Source: Octopus sinensis (taxonomy: Eukaryota). From it: a DNA stretch of 64,000 nucleotides. The position numbers and the translations under genes are program-made. The DNA is taken from NCBI RefSeq assembly GCF_006345805.1, contig NC_042999.1, forward strand, positions 142,724,001 through 142,788,000, read 5' to 3'. The notes under the pieces were generated by a model, which worked only from the letters and a program-made list of their open reading frames with translations, had not been told where the DNA came from and ran no database searches. This document shows, piece by piece, positions 1 through 11,972 of this stretch. The number at the start of each line of letters is the position of its first letter. Positions within the stretch are counted from its first letter, which is position 1.

Positions 1-243
1 TGTGTGTGCGTGTGTGTGTGCTGTAGACCACACTAAGAAAAGCACTACACTTACACACCACAATGTGAGTTTTCTCTAAATTTTGCTTAATTGGGGTTGA
101 AAATTTAAAAACCGGACCTGGCACGACCCGATGCATTCTACTCTTAAAAATGCTAGGTAAATTGTAATTGAAGAAATCCTATATTGTAGATTTCTATAAG
201 AGACAAGGGGAGGCAGATAAAATCTGCCTTTTATAATAAGAGA
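1..243 (-). mobile_element. 5' part of a non-autonomous Helitron-like element, continuing past the left window edge
   Basis: The minus strand starts A|TCTCTTATTATAAAAG, the same 5'-TC/AT-rich start as the complete Helitrons in this window. There is a short inverted repeat aggcagat-aaa-atctgcct just inside the end. The 3' CTAG end is not in the window. Confidence 0.5.
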
Positions 244-437
244 TTCACTCTATGTTGACTGATGATACAATATGGACAGATTTTCGAAATCCAATGAATC
301 TTTATACAGTTATACAGTTACGAAATTTTACAAATGCCCTTTCTCAGGGAGATATGATGTACCTATTATAATGGGTAATATTACATGTACCTTTCATATT
401 TTTTATAGTGTGATGTAACTCTTTGGAATAACAATGT

Positions 438-533
438 TTGTGACTGAAGAGAGCTTTAAACCATCTTTTATATCAATTATACACTGAAGTTAGAAAGGGG
501 TCGTTTATAAAGCTTGAAACTCGTGTACCGCGA
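438..533 (+). ncRNA. Candidate type I hammerhead ribozyme with an extended stem II (PLE pseudo-LTR type)
   Basis: Core CTGAAGA (444-450); stem II closed by GAGCTTTA/TAAAGCTT (451-458/508-515); GAAAC (516-520), tcgt, GTA cleavage triplet (525-527). Stem I ttgtga/ccgcga has GU pairs and one mismatch. Confidence 0.5.
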
Positions 534-639
534 TATCCTTTGTGTTCTGTTTTTGATTTTATTTGATATATTCCCTCTCACCTCTGCCACTATCTGGCAT
601 ATACAGGTGCTTACACTTATCAAGTATTCACCCTAAATG

Positions 640-1050
640 GAGAAAGGCTGAAGACGCTCGACCTTTATTCTCTAGAAAAACGACGACGCCGTGGTGATCT
701 CATTCTTGCTCACAACATCATAAGCGGAAAGTGTAACCTCTCGAAAGAGCTGTTCTTCACTCCTGCTCCAGAGCGTCGGCTGCGGGTGTCACTCCGAAAA
801 GCTCTATCTGCGACGATTTCATCTCAATCGAAAGAGAGGGGCTTTCTCCGTCCGGGTTGCGGATCCGTGGAATAAGCTGCCGGACGAGATAGTGAAGATG
901 CCAACGACCGCTCGGTTCAAAGTCTCCCTTGAGCACAAATGGCCTGAACTCTTTGCATGAGCACCACCCTGTACATAACTCCATGTTCCCCTACATGGCC
1001 TTGCTTTTTTGCTTTTTAAGCCAAAAAATTAACTTAACTTAACTTAACTT
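640..1050 (+). mobile_element. 5'-truncated CR1-group LINE 3' end (RT C-terminus, 3' UTR, (AACTT)n tail)
   Basis: Translates ERLKTLDLYSLEKRRRRGDLILAHNII...AFSVRVADPWNKLPDEIV with frameshifts. It ends in (AACTT)4 at 1031-1050. Confidence 0.9.
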
Positions 1051-1226
1051 AAATTTACAGTACCTACTATATATATATATTTATATATTTAAAACTCAGC
1101 GTGGTGGTATTTCTCAGATACCCTAAATTATAATTTTAAATAATTATTACCTTTGAAAGGTTTTTATTCCCATTCTGGCCACTTGATAAGATCGATATTT
1201 TAATATCGATCTTATCGATCTTATCA

Positions 1227-2005
1227 ATGCAGTTTAATGCTGAAAAATTCCAAGCCCTGCGCTACCAGCACCCAAAACTGAATATAAAACTTACAGGGTA
1301 CACCGGTACACAAGGAATTTAAATCCCAGAGCCTAAGTCAGTGAGGGACCTGGGTATCGACATGAGTGATGATACCTCTTTCCAAGTGCACATTACCAGG
1401 ATGGCGACAAAGTGCAGACGACTGGCTGGGTGGATCCTAAGAACATTCAGAACTAGAGATAATGAAACCATGATGGTCCTCTGGCGGACATTCGTCCTCA
1501 GTCGCCTGGATTACTGCTCACAGCTATGGTCACCCACCAGTGTGAAATTAACAGCAGACCTTGAAGCAATCAGGAGAAGATTCACAAAGAAGATCATCTC
1601 TTTGCAACAGCTCAGCTACTGGGAAAGGTTGAAACAGTTAATACTCTACTCCCTGGAAAGCTACACCAATGCCAGAACTGGACGACACTGCATAGTGCCA
1701 AAGGTCCCGGTAATGCCATCACGCTTCAGGACCAGTTACTGCAACAGCCTGGGTTTCAGCTTTTTAATATTCTCCCAAAGAGTCTGAGAAACTTGCACAA
1801 AGTAGATGTAGGGGTTTTTAAATCAAAGCTGGACCTCTTCCTGTCGAGAATCCCAGATGAACCGACCTCACGGCAAGAGGTGCAAATGAAGGTAGTTATA
1901 TCAAATTCCATGCTTCACCAAGTGCCACATATTAGAGGAGGCTCTTAGTAATAACAGTGTAGCAAAACGGCAGTGCATCGGCATGGCCACAGCTCTGAGC
2001 TGAAA
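1227..2005 (+). mobile_element. 5'-truncated CR1/L2-group LINE fragment (RT C-terminus), disrupted
   Basis: MQFNAEKFQ...VRDLGIDMSDDTSFQVHI...WILRTFRTRD...SRLDYCSQLWSP...LSYWERLKQL (ORF 1341-1787), with an upstream stop and an internal deletion. Related to the RT at 62791-64000. Confidence 0.9.
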
Positions 2006-2076
2006 CTAGAGAAAAAATTTATATATAAGGATAAGCATATTAAAAGAGGAACGTGGGAAAACTCATTTAAATAAAA

Positions 2077-2139
2077 GGATTGGGAACCACTGTTGGGAAC
2101 CACTGTTGGGAACCACTGTAAAAAGGTTGGCAACCACTG
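2077..2139. repeat. Reiterated hAT-like terminal sequence (GTTGGGAACCACTG)
   Basis: The motif occurs three times in tandem plus once as GTTGGCAACCACTG. It resembles the CAGTGGTTCCCAAC termini of hAT/Charlie-type elements. No partner TIR was identified. Confidence 0.4.
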
Positions 2140-2209
2140 ATGTATACAGGTCGCTAATTTTGGACTTCTTTCATTACTATGTATGTCATTATTCAGCTTT
2201 ATTTCAAGA

Positions 2210-2489
2210 TTTTTTCAATAAGCATACTCAATTTGATTTATACCAAATGATTTAAGAAAATGACTGGGTTATTTCCCTTGGCTGTTAAAATGAAATATAT
2301 TAGATATATATAAGGATCCCTTCCAGGGGCCCTATTATCGATTGTTTCAATAATCTGAGTATGCCATGAGGTTCCCAGACATTAGTTCTACTCACATGTC
2401 AAGTTTCATCAAAATCGATGAAACGATGTAGGAGGAGTTAGCTAACAACTCCACAAACACACCCACAGACAGAATTTCCCACTTATGTA

Positions 2490-2493
<4 letters not shown>
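2210..2493 (-). mobile_element. Partial non-autonomous Helitron (same family as 24136-24985 and 49675-50595)
   Basis: Aligns by eye with the 5' part of the complete copy: taaggatcccttcca...aagtttcatcaaaatcga...gctaacaactccacaaacac...cagaatttccc. Confidence 0.75.
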
Positions 2494-2550
<57 letters not shown>

Positions 2551-2556
2551 ATACCT

Positions 2557-2673
2557 TTTTATTAAAACTGCAAAATAAAATTTTATTCCAGTCTTGATCA
2601 CAACTGTCCGAAAAACGGAAACATGAAACACTTAGTAACAGTTTTTTGTGATGTTTTTGCAGCTTTAATAAAA
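2557..2673 (+). other. Imperfect hairpin enclosing a decayed hammerhead-like motif
   Basis: Outer inverted repeat ttttattaaaactgcaaaa/ttttgcagctttaataaaa. Inside, aactgt-CCGAAAA-...-GAAAC-actta-GTA-acagtt gives a 6-bp stem I, but the core deviates at two conserved positions. Confidence 0.35.
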
Positions 2674-4825
2674 AAAAAAGTACATTACTCTACCTTCGAT
2701 ATTCAAGTGCTATTTTCTCCCCCCTTGTTTTGCATTTATGTGCTTACTCGCGTGTGTGTGTGTATACATACATACATATACTGTATACATATTACATGGG
2801 TGCTAATATTTTCAACCGAGACGTTATGACTGTATCTGATTGTTCAAGTGCTTCAATTCTGTGTCAGTACATATATTTACTCGATTGCTGGCATTTATCA
2901 AAGGTTTCTCTTATTGTTTTGATCACCATTTTCTATCACTAATAAAACTGTCGGGATTTCTGACGATACGGGTATACTAGTTCATAATAATATTGACAAT
3001 ATTTTTATAGCATTTATATTATTAGCAGTTTCCTTCATGATGTTCGTGTTATTCTTTATAATATTGACGATACCTTTTGATACTCTGAGAGATCTCTGAA
3101 CCGACAGGAAAAGAAAATTGCTTATGCCAGAATTTTAGATCAACTTTCTTGTTCACTGCATAATGTTGATCATTTGAAGACAGAACAAATTTCAGTGACA
3201 AATAAAAATGATTGAGTTGCCAATATTTAATGAGATGTACTAGTCTCTATGACAACCAATTAACAACGATCATATCCAGAGCACATTTATATTTTCCCTT
3301 CTTAATCCCTTGCATTATTCATAGATTCAGTCGATAGCACTTGACATATGGAGACCTGGGCCGAACCTCTAACTCGATTGATTTGCTGAGATATTTGGAT
3401 ATTAGGGTATATAGACGTGTGGGCGTTTTCCTTCACTCACCTTTTTCCTTTTTTTCAATAAGTCACCTTCACAATCTTTGTTTACAATTCACAATACTAC
3501 AATGATACGAGTTCAAATTCCGAAGTTACATCTGTGTATAGTCCATAAATAATATGCATTAATCTACTTCGCGAAATCTTTTTAATGAATGTAAGATGGG
3601 GGCTTTTTTACCATTTCTGCACGTCTCTATTTTATAAAATAATTTTGTGCCTATGTTTGTAGTTTTTCTTTCATCTGAGCTTTTCCGTAGTCACGTATTG
3701 AAAGATTTTGCTACAGTTCTATTGTTGTAATTGTGAACAATGTTCATTGCTAGAATTGTCTTAATGGCCCAAGTAAAATAACTCACTGTTTCTCATTGTA
3801 TGAATAACAGGGGATAACAGGTGAGAGGAAAGAATGTACAGGAACGCCTATAATATAAAGGACAGATAGTAAAGCTGGGGTTAATATATTTAATATAGTG
3901 AGCGGGTAAAATTTAACCAATTAAAATTACACCGGTAATGAAGAGTAAAATTATTGCCTTAACGAATACGTTTGGTTAGAATGGGAATTTAAATGAATTA
4001 TTAATGAAAGGTAGAATATACTGAAATAAATCTCTCAAGTCATAGACAAAAAAAATTGACAGCAACTGTGAGATTGTTTCACTATGGAGGTCTTATAAGA
4101 CAGAAACATGTTCAGAGATGTCACTGAACTACTGAGATCGAACTCATACTCTTCTGCATTCAATGTTTAATTAACCGTAAATCTGGAGTTATCCTCCTTG
4201 ACATTTCGACCAGAATTTTATATTTCTTTAAACAGGTGCAATTTTAATGAGTTGGTTCTTTACATTAGTTTGTATCTTACTGTATGGTGTTTTATAGTTA
4301 GTATTGGGATCAATTTTTTTTTTACTCCAACATTTATTTCGGTTCATGCAAGCATGAAAAGATAATTAACATAAAGCTTTAAACATCCATTTCTATCTCA
4401 AATACAATGCTACAAATTTAGGTAGGGAGTCAAAGCGTTTATATCGCCTCCGCTCCTTTACTGGCACCTATTTTATCGACCTTGGAAGGATAAAAACGAA
4501 GATTTAAAAATATAACATGCTTGTATGCAAGCATAACTGTGTGGCTGTGTGGTTCGATCTCACTATTCAGTACACTGATCAAGTGCCTTTACCGTCAAAT
4601 AAAAGCCTGAGACATGAAATTTAATGGGCAGAAACTGGGTGGAAGCCAGCCAGAGAGACCGTTCGTGTTCGTAGGTGTAATACCACCAGTCATCCGGTGT
4701 AACATCACCATTTGACCCTTGTGTACCTTTAACATTCAGGATACATTCTTCAATTTTTATGACAATAAAGTATGATTTGAAGGTAATATGGTTATTGTTT
4801 GGAGCAATCAAGTCGGTTTGGAATT

Positions 4826-4990
4826 ATTGTTGTTTAGCTTCAGGTTAGCACTGATCAGCTGGCCTACACAAAAGACATTTCAGTCGTGACCATCACGTTT
4901 TTTCTGTGTACAGGAAATCCAGAATTACATTATTCAATGTGTCCTTTTCTAAGGTTACAAGGTGTTATTTGAGGGAGATTTGGCTGCAAC
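4826..4990. mobile_element. Old dispersed SINE-like repeat (other copies at about 6055-6130, 6165-6345 and 51720-51970)
   Basis: Shared gttgttta..caggt.agc.ctgatc...gagatttggctgc motif between copies; the copies are strongly diverged. Confidence 0.5.
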
Positions 4991-5728
4991 TTGATGCCAG
5001 CTAATTATTCAAAGAAAGAAATAAACTACACTTCAACAATTTGACACAAAATGGCAGATATTTGTTGCTTTTTTTAGGAAATGTAGAGAATATCATTTTA
5101 CCAAGAGAAGTCAGTAGAACTAATTAAAACCGGTTTGGGAGGAGCTTTAGATAGTTTCTTGCTGAGAGTTGCTCATGAGGAAAGCAATGAAACAGTATTT
5201 CTATTTCCCGGAGATGGGTGGTATTTAGGTGTTAGTGTTAAATGAACTGGGGTACTGATAAAGGATGAGCTAAACATTATAAAAAGCTAAAGTTTAACAT
5301 CATTTTATTCAATAAATGTCATGGACTTTTTTTAAATATAAGGAGTAACCTTTTTGCTGAACGGAACAAAAACTTTTTTACACGTCTCGAATAAATGAGA
5401 TTTTTATGTCATTTTTTTATTTTTTATTTTTAAGGACAGTAATTTATTTACAATTAGGACTGAAAACGTGAAATAAAGAGAAATGTTGTAAATGTGTTAG
5501 TAATACAGTGAACATATATTGTTGATGCAAATACACATGCACAAGCAAACACATACACGCACACGCACGCAATAATGTATACTTATACACATGTGTGTGA
5601 GTGTATGTGTGCATGCACGCGCGCGTGATTGGCACCTGTTTAGAAAGAATGGGATCCCTTGCTGTAATCTCCCTCTCGTTGTTCGTTAGCATTTACTGTG
5701 AATACTGAGACTCGATGCTGCCCACACA

Positions 5729-5840
5729 ATGGCGTATCAGAACACCGGCAAAAGGCTTCAGAAATCCAATCATGACACCAGTCCCCTCACTCTGTTCATG
5801 TTTAAGATTGCTCCTGTTTGCTCAGTTCAGTTAGCTGCGG
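5729..5840 (+). CDS. Weak candidate first coding or 5' exon of an unidentified host gene
   Basis: Non-repetitive, relatively GC-richer stretch. ATG in an acaATGG context, open frame MAYQNTGKRLQKSNHDTSPLTLFMFKIAPVCSVQLAA, then a consensus donor GG|GTAAGT at 5840/5841 (phase 1). Reverse CCAAT at about 5628. No homology recognised. Confidence 0.25.
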
Positions 5841-6851
5841 GTAAGTACCTCACCATTTTCAGAAGGCTTGGGAAAACCTTGAGTACCTCCCTATTCTATT
5901 GAATTATAAAATATCTCAAGTACAAAAGAATCCAGATCAATAAAAATATTTTTAGTGTTCAATCTTTGACTAGTGTTGAATTGTTAGCCACTTTTGGGGT
6001 GGTACCTTTCAGTATGCACTAGGTAATACAAGGTTCACTGTGCCTAAGAAAAAGATAGACTTGTCACGGTTGAAGTGCCTTTGATCATAATTATATTTGA
6101 TCAGGGCCGGCCTGAGGACAAATAGTAACAACAGGTAATTTTACTATTGATCAGAATATTCATGCGGTTGTTTAACTTTGAGTCAGCTCTGTTAGAGCAG
6201 AACTACGATCTAAGGCATTCCAGCCAGGAATATCCTGGTTTTAGGTATACATTGGGCCACATTATCTAATGTACCCTTCCTATTATTGAGACAAAACTAT
6301 GTGATTAGGCTAGGATTTGGCTGCTATTTCAAACAGATCAAACGACTAGTAGAAAATTCATTCCTTTTGTGTTATGCAGTATGCTGACTGAAATAGTCAC
6401 ATTAATAAAGTCGTATTTCTGTCGTAATGGTGTCTCTATTGTAAAATGTTCCTAGCAGATTAATCGCCATGGTTGTAATTGGAGTTCATGAAGATATTTC
6501 TCAGTTACAACTATCCACAAGATTTGGTTACAAGGAGGTTGTGTGAAAGTAAACGTTAGTATGAAGCAGAACTAAACGGAAGGTAATAGGAAAACGTTTA
6601 GCAATTAACTTGCCTGACTCAAGTAAAAGAGATCAGTTATGTTGTTGCTCGTAAGCATGGGGAAATACGTTCAGAAGAGCGCTGCATTCATTCAAATAAC
6701 GCTTCATAATTAAACGTTTTCTTGATCTTTTATGTAAATTTCTGAGGGGTACTTAACCTTTCTCATTTTCTCAACAAAATATCGAGTTGCCTGTTATAGA
6801 GGCAAACATACAATCTACCACACAAGCCAGCAACTCTCACACACACACACA

Positions 6852-6882
<31 letters not shown>

Positions 6883-7397
6883 TACACGCATTAGCACATA
6901 CGCTTCCCAAACTTAGAGGTAGACACACACATACACACGTACGTACATACATACATACATACATACATACATACATACATACATACATACATACAGAAGG
7001 AAAGAAAGAATAAAAGAAAGAAAGAGAGAGAGGTCGTATATTTGTGTCTGATGTTATATGAGCATGTTTGAATAAACGCTTTCAAAATTTAAAAACAAAA
7101 TACCTAAAGAAAAAGTACTTGTGTTTTGGTTTAGATCTAATGACTTGTTTGGCAAGTCATTATATCCGGCATTGTGCATAATATAGTGATAGAGTACCGT
7201 TGGTACAAGACCATAGATCGACTCCAGAATAACAAAAAGCAAAGTTGATCGCAGCATGATTTGGATTTCGAACGTAAGGAGCTGTAACTGACTACTTCAA
7301 AACTTTTTCGGCGATCCAAATTTCTACCATTCCTAATACGAATACATTGCTTTATTTATCAGTGTTCTTTTTTTTTTTAGATTTCATTTCTAATAAT

Positions 7398-7592
7398 GCT
7401 TTCAAATTTTGGTACAAGGCTAGCAATTTTGTTGGAGTGGGTTGGCCGATTACAACAACCCCAATACTCTACTGGTAGTTACTTTATCGACCCCAATAAG
7501 ATGAAAGGTAAATTCGAACTCAGAATGTAAAGACGGATGAAATGTTAAGCATTTTGCCCTGTGTGCTAACGATTCTGCCAGCTCGCCGTCTT
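7398..7592 (-). mobile_element. tRNA-derived SINE family A (older copy)
   Basis: Reverse complement of ggcgagctggcagaatcgttagcac...gagttcgaat...catc...ggggtcgataaa. Flanked by the direct repeat tcatttctaataat (7384-7397, 7597-7610). Confidence 0.85.
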
Positions 7593-7610
7593 AATCTCAT
7601 TTCTAATAAT

Positions 7611-8011
7611 TATTTCTACTCTAGGCACAAGGCCTTGAAAATTTGGGGAGGAAGGGGGCTAGTCGATTTCATCAGCCCCTGTGTGTAACTGGTCCTTATT
7701 TTATCGACCCCGAAGGGATGAAAGGCAAAGTTGACCTCGGCGGAATTTGAACTCAGAACGTAAAGACAGACGAAATACCTATTTCTTTACTACCCACAAG
7801 GGGCTAAACACAGAGAGGACAAACAAGGACAGACAAACGGATTAAGTTGATTATATCGACCCCAGTGCGTAACTGGTACTTAATTTATCGACCCCGAAAG
7901 GATGAAAGGCAAAGTCGACCTCGGCGGAATTTGAACTCAGAATGTAACGGCAGACGAAATACGGCTAAGCATTTCTCCCAGCTTGCTAACAGTTCTGCCA
8001 GCCCGCCGCCC
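7611..8011 (-). mobile_element. SINE family A, internally dimeric copy
   Basis: One head (ggcggcgggctggcagaa) and two B-box/central units (gagttcaaattccgccgaggtc.actttgcctttcatcc.ttcggggtcgataaa). The central block resembles the Meta-SINE domain as I recall it. Confidence 0.9.
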
Positions 8012-8252
8012 TGATATTATTTCTAATAATATTTATCAAGGTCAGTAATACAATTTTTTTTATTATACTCTAATAAACTAATGTATCACTAACATGTATT
8101 AAACGTACGACTATGCTCTTACTGCTTTTGTGGAAAAAATATCAAGACTACATTGATGACAAGAGTTTTTGAAAGGGTGATATGACTCCACAGTGATACA
8201 GATTAGATTTCATGTAAGATTCATGTGTGAAGATGGATGTAAATGTGTATAG

Positions 8253-8547
8253 TAGCAGTCTCCAACTTTTTTGGCACCATGAAACAGTTTAATGCAAGAC
8301 AATTTTCCAAGGACCGGGGGATCACGGGCTAACAAAAAGCAATAAAGTACATAATGTGTAATTTAGTTATTACATATATAATACATATATATTGTTTATA
8401 TATTACATATACAATGCAAAAACATCCTACAAACTGCGATAGCCAATAACATTGAAATGAACATTTAAAATATTTTTTCTGTGCGGCCCGCCTACAAATG
8501 ATGCATGGTCCGGTACTAATACAGGGCCCAGTGGTTGGGGACCCCTG
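8253..8547. mobile_element. hAT (Charlie-like) MITE with 8-bp target-site duplication
   Basis: Right TIR gttggggacccctg and degenerate left TIR tagcagtctccaac. Flanks gtgtatag (8245-8252) and gtgtacag (8548-8555). Confidence 0.8.
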
Positions 8548-9109
8548 GTGTACAGTAGGTGTAAAGAATGCATTGCCGCGGGCGAAATTTTGCCCCCATT
8601 CAAATTTGAAATCGGCCTCTGCTGACATCTCTAGCAACGCATATGAAAAGCTGAGCTTTACCATCAAAACACTAAAGTAACAAGAATGTTTCTTTCCCAG
8701 AAGGATACGCACCCATAAGGGGTTCTTGAATATTGCAGCACCCTTAGAGCTGCAAAGGGTTCTCCACAATTGGACTTGAATATCTAAGACACGTCGTTCT
8801 GTTTAAACGAGGAAATCATTTGTAAAAGCCACGTCTGAGGTAATATTGAGAATATTGTATCATAAGCGGGCCGACGGAAATATGTAAATACACATGCGCG
8901 CGCGCGTGTGTTTGACGGTGCAGTATATCCGAAAGGCTATGAAAATTTGCTTCACAGTTGCAAGGTCCTGGGTTCGATTCTCCGGTATGAAATTTTGGGT
9001 AAACGTCATATTCTATAGCCTCAGATCAACTCATACTTTGAGTAAACAGCAACTCTATAGAAGACCAACGGGTGCATTGTACCTGCAGTTCAAAATGTAC
9101 AGCCTTGTT

Positions 9110-9775
9110 ACGTTCTGAGTTCAAATCCTGCCCAAGCCAAATTTGCTTTTCCTCCTTATGAGGTCGTTAAAATACAATATCAGTCAAGTACTAAGGTCGA
9201 TGTAATTGTCCACAATTTCAGGCCGTGTGCGATTATTTGAAACTATTATTATTAATTTTGTTGTTGTTGTTTTAAAGGCGATGAGCTGACAGAGTTGTTA
9301 GCAAGCCGAGCAAAATGTTTAGCGGCTTTTCGTCCGTCTTTATGTTCTGAGTTCAAATTTCGCCGTGGTCGATTTTGCCCTTCATCCTTTCGGGGTCAAT
9401 AAATTAAGTACCAGTCGATGTAATCGATTTGTCCTCTCCCTCAAAATTTCAGGCCTTATGCCTTTATTAGAAAGGATCATTATCATTATTATTATCATTG
9501 TTATTATTATTATTATTAGGCCTTACGCCTATAATAGAAAGGTTTATTATTATTTAGGCAACGAACTAGCAGAATCGTTAGTGCGTCGGACAAAATGCTT
9601 AGCACTTTAAATTCAGAGTTCGAATCCTACTGAGGTCAACTTTACCTTTCAACCTTTTCGGGATCGATAAAACAAAGGTATCAGCCAAGGATTGGGGGGG
9701 TCAATGTAATCGACTTGACTACTTTCCTCAAAATTGCTGACCTTGTGCCAAAATTAGAAAGAATTATAATTATCA
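9110..9775 (+). mobile_element. Cluster of three diverged SINE family A copies
   Basis: Three gagttc(a/g)aat...cctt...gg.tc.ataaa cores separated by (ATT)n tails. Confidence 0.75.
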
Positions 9776-9817
9776 TTATATGTGAGAGTGTGTGTGAACA
9801 TATGTACGGATGTATAT

Positions 9818-9884
9818 TCTCTCACTCTTTCTCTCTCTCTCGCTTTCTTTCTCTCCCTCTTTCACTGTCTCTCTTTCTTTCTCA

Positions 9885-9919
<35 letters not shown>

Positions 9920-10020
9920 ACTGTCTCTCTTTCTTTCTCACTTTCTCACTTTCTCTCTCTCTCTCTTTCATTGTCTCTCTTTCTTTCTCAATTTCTCTCT
10001 CTCTCTCTCTCTCTCTTTCT
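9818..10020. repeat. Compound (CT)n polypyrimidine tract with internal duplications
   Basis: About 200 bp almost purely C/T, with the repeated block tttcactgtctctctttctttctcactttctc. Confidence 0.9.
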
Positions 10021-10299
10021 CGTGTGCGCGTGTGTGTGTACGGATGCACGACTCCATACCACTATTTGCCTTAAAAACATTAATTAACCGCCCATCTGTT
10101 AGTTTCATGAACGCTTTATATTTGTGGAATTTTAAATCTATGCACTGTTGTTACACGACCTTAATGATATGTTTTATTAATGTTCCAGAATACTTCACGT
10201 CAATTATATAAATAGATCTCCCTTGGAAACATAGATCTTAGGTTGATAATATTGTATGCGAAACTCAAGGCGCCAAACTGAATGTGTGTCATCTTCCTA

Positions 10300-10570
10300 T
10301 CGTCATCATCTGTCGTTGTCGTCATCATCATCATTTTTTCAACGTTCACTTTTCTATGCTTCATGGGTCAGACAGATTTCGTTGAAGCAGATTTTCCTAT
10401 GGCCGGGTACCTTTCCTGTCACCAAACCTCATTTGTATCCAAACAAGGTAATATTTCATTTTGACCGGACATGTTTTTTTTTTTTCTCACGAAGATTGGA
10501 AACGAATGATATCGGTTTACGACAGTGACACTCGTTCGTTTAAAACTCTCATACGAGATCAAGACAAGGA
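10300..10570 (-). mobile_element. RTE-related SINE-like repeat with (CAT)n/(GAT)n tail (other copies at about 35715-35940 and 40733-40890)
   Basis: Shared catgggtcagac...ttgttga.gcagattt...cctt.cctgt...aaggtaatattt sequence between the three loci. Confidence 0.65.
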
Positions 10571-10829
10571 AACACACACACACGCACACACACAAACACA
10601 CACACACACACACACCGAGTTTCAATCATTGGACAGGAGACGAGAAAGCACAGATTTGCACACTGCTGATTAAATCTGTCGAGGGATTCTTAAACGTTCT
10701 AGAAATTTCAGCCTTTAACCTGTTTTAAATTATTTCCTAATCCACGGGGAAATCTTGATTCAGTCAACGACTTTTGTATTACCAAATAAAATAGAAATAG
10801 ATACTACAGACAAATGCTGGGTTTAATCA

Positions 10830-11046
10830 GCTTCAAATTTTGGGCACAAGGCCATCAATTTCGTGGGGTGAGCAGGTCGATTATATCGCCTACGGTGTTA
10901 AACTGGTACCTATTTTATCGACCCTGAAAGGGATGAAGAACAAAGTCAACCCCGGCCATATTTGAACTCAGAACAAAAAAAAGGGACGAAATGCCGCTAA
11001 GCTTTTTGCCCGGTGTGTTAACGATTCTGTCAGCTCACTTCGCCTT
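10830..11046 (-). mobile_element. SINE family A (diverged)
   Basis: ttttatcgaccctgaaagggatgaa...tttgaactcagaac...gttaacgattctgtcagctc. Confidence 0.8.
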
Positions 11047-11682
11047 ATATGCTGGATTATATCATAGACAATAAGAAATATTTGTGGTATATTCTTGTCA
11101 AAACTTCCATTAAATGCGCATGCAAGTGACCTGATATCATCTGGGACAGGAATTCAAAATCGATATCATATTCAGCAGCTAGATGTTACTCTAGGCCAGC
11201 AGAAAATTAAACATTGATGGGCAATTAGTGCCAACCCGACATTTTCCTGCGCTTTCGTTAAATGCTTTATCCATACTTGTACTCCTAAAATTGGTGTATT
11301 TGAGAACTTGTACTTCGCTTAATTCAATAATCTGGACTAATGTTATTTTCGACCAAGGAAATTCAGTTCATGTCTGCCTTATGTTTTTCTTTTTATTTTT
11401 TATTCCAGAACGAACTAATTTTGGGGTAAAACAAAATCCTTCAGGTCGACTATTGTTACTTGTGTGTGTGTGTGTGTGTGTGTGTGTGTCTGTGCGTGCG
11501 TGCGTACATACACACACACACACATATACACTCACATTAGTGCTGTCAACTGGAATCCTTAATGGCTTGGTAGCATGAATCATGCTTTTGCTAATTGTTT
11601 TAGGTGCCTAAATAGTTGCGAGTAAGCAAGAACTCTCTCTTGATCCTCTCATCTTTGGCTCGGTGGGACAACCAAGTTTTGC

Positions 11683-11688
<6 letters not shown>

Positions 11689-11741
<53 letters not shown>
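11689..11741. repeat. (AG)n microsatellite
   Basis: Perfect dinucleotide run. Confidence 0.95.
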
Positions 11742-11742
<1 letters not shown>

Positions 11743-11912
11743 AGAGGTAGGTGGCTGCATCAGCTGTTGGTTAATCAAAATCTGAGTTGAGTAGCGTAAA
11801 ATGAAGTATCATCCTCAAGTACACAATGTGTTGATTCGAAGATTGTCCAGGAATCGAAGATTGACTTTATGGTCGTGAGCCCGATACCACAACTACGACT
11901 AGAAATGCATAA

Positions 11913-11963
<51 letters not shown>

Positions 11964-11972
11964 TTTGAATGT

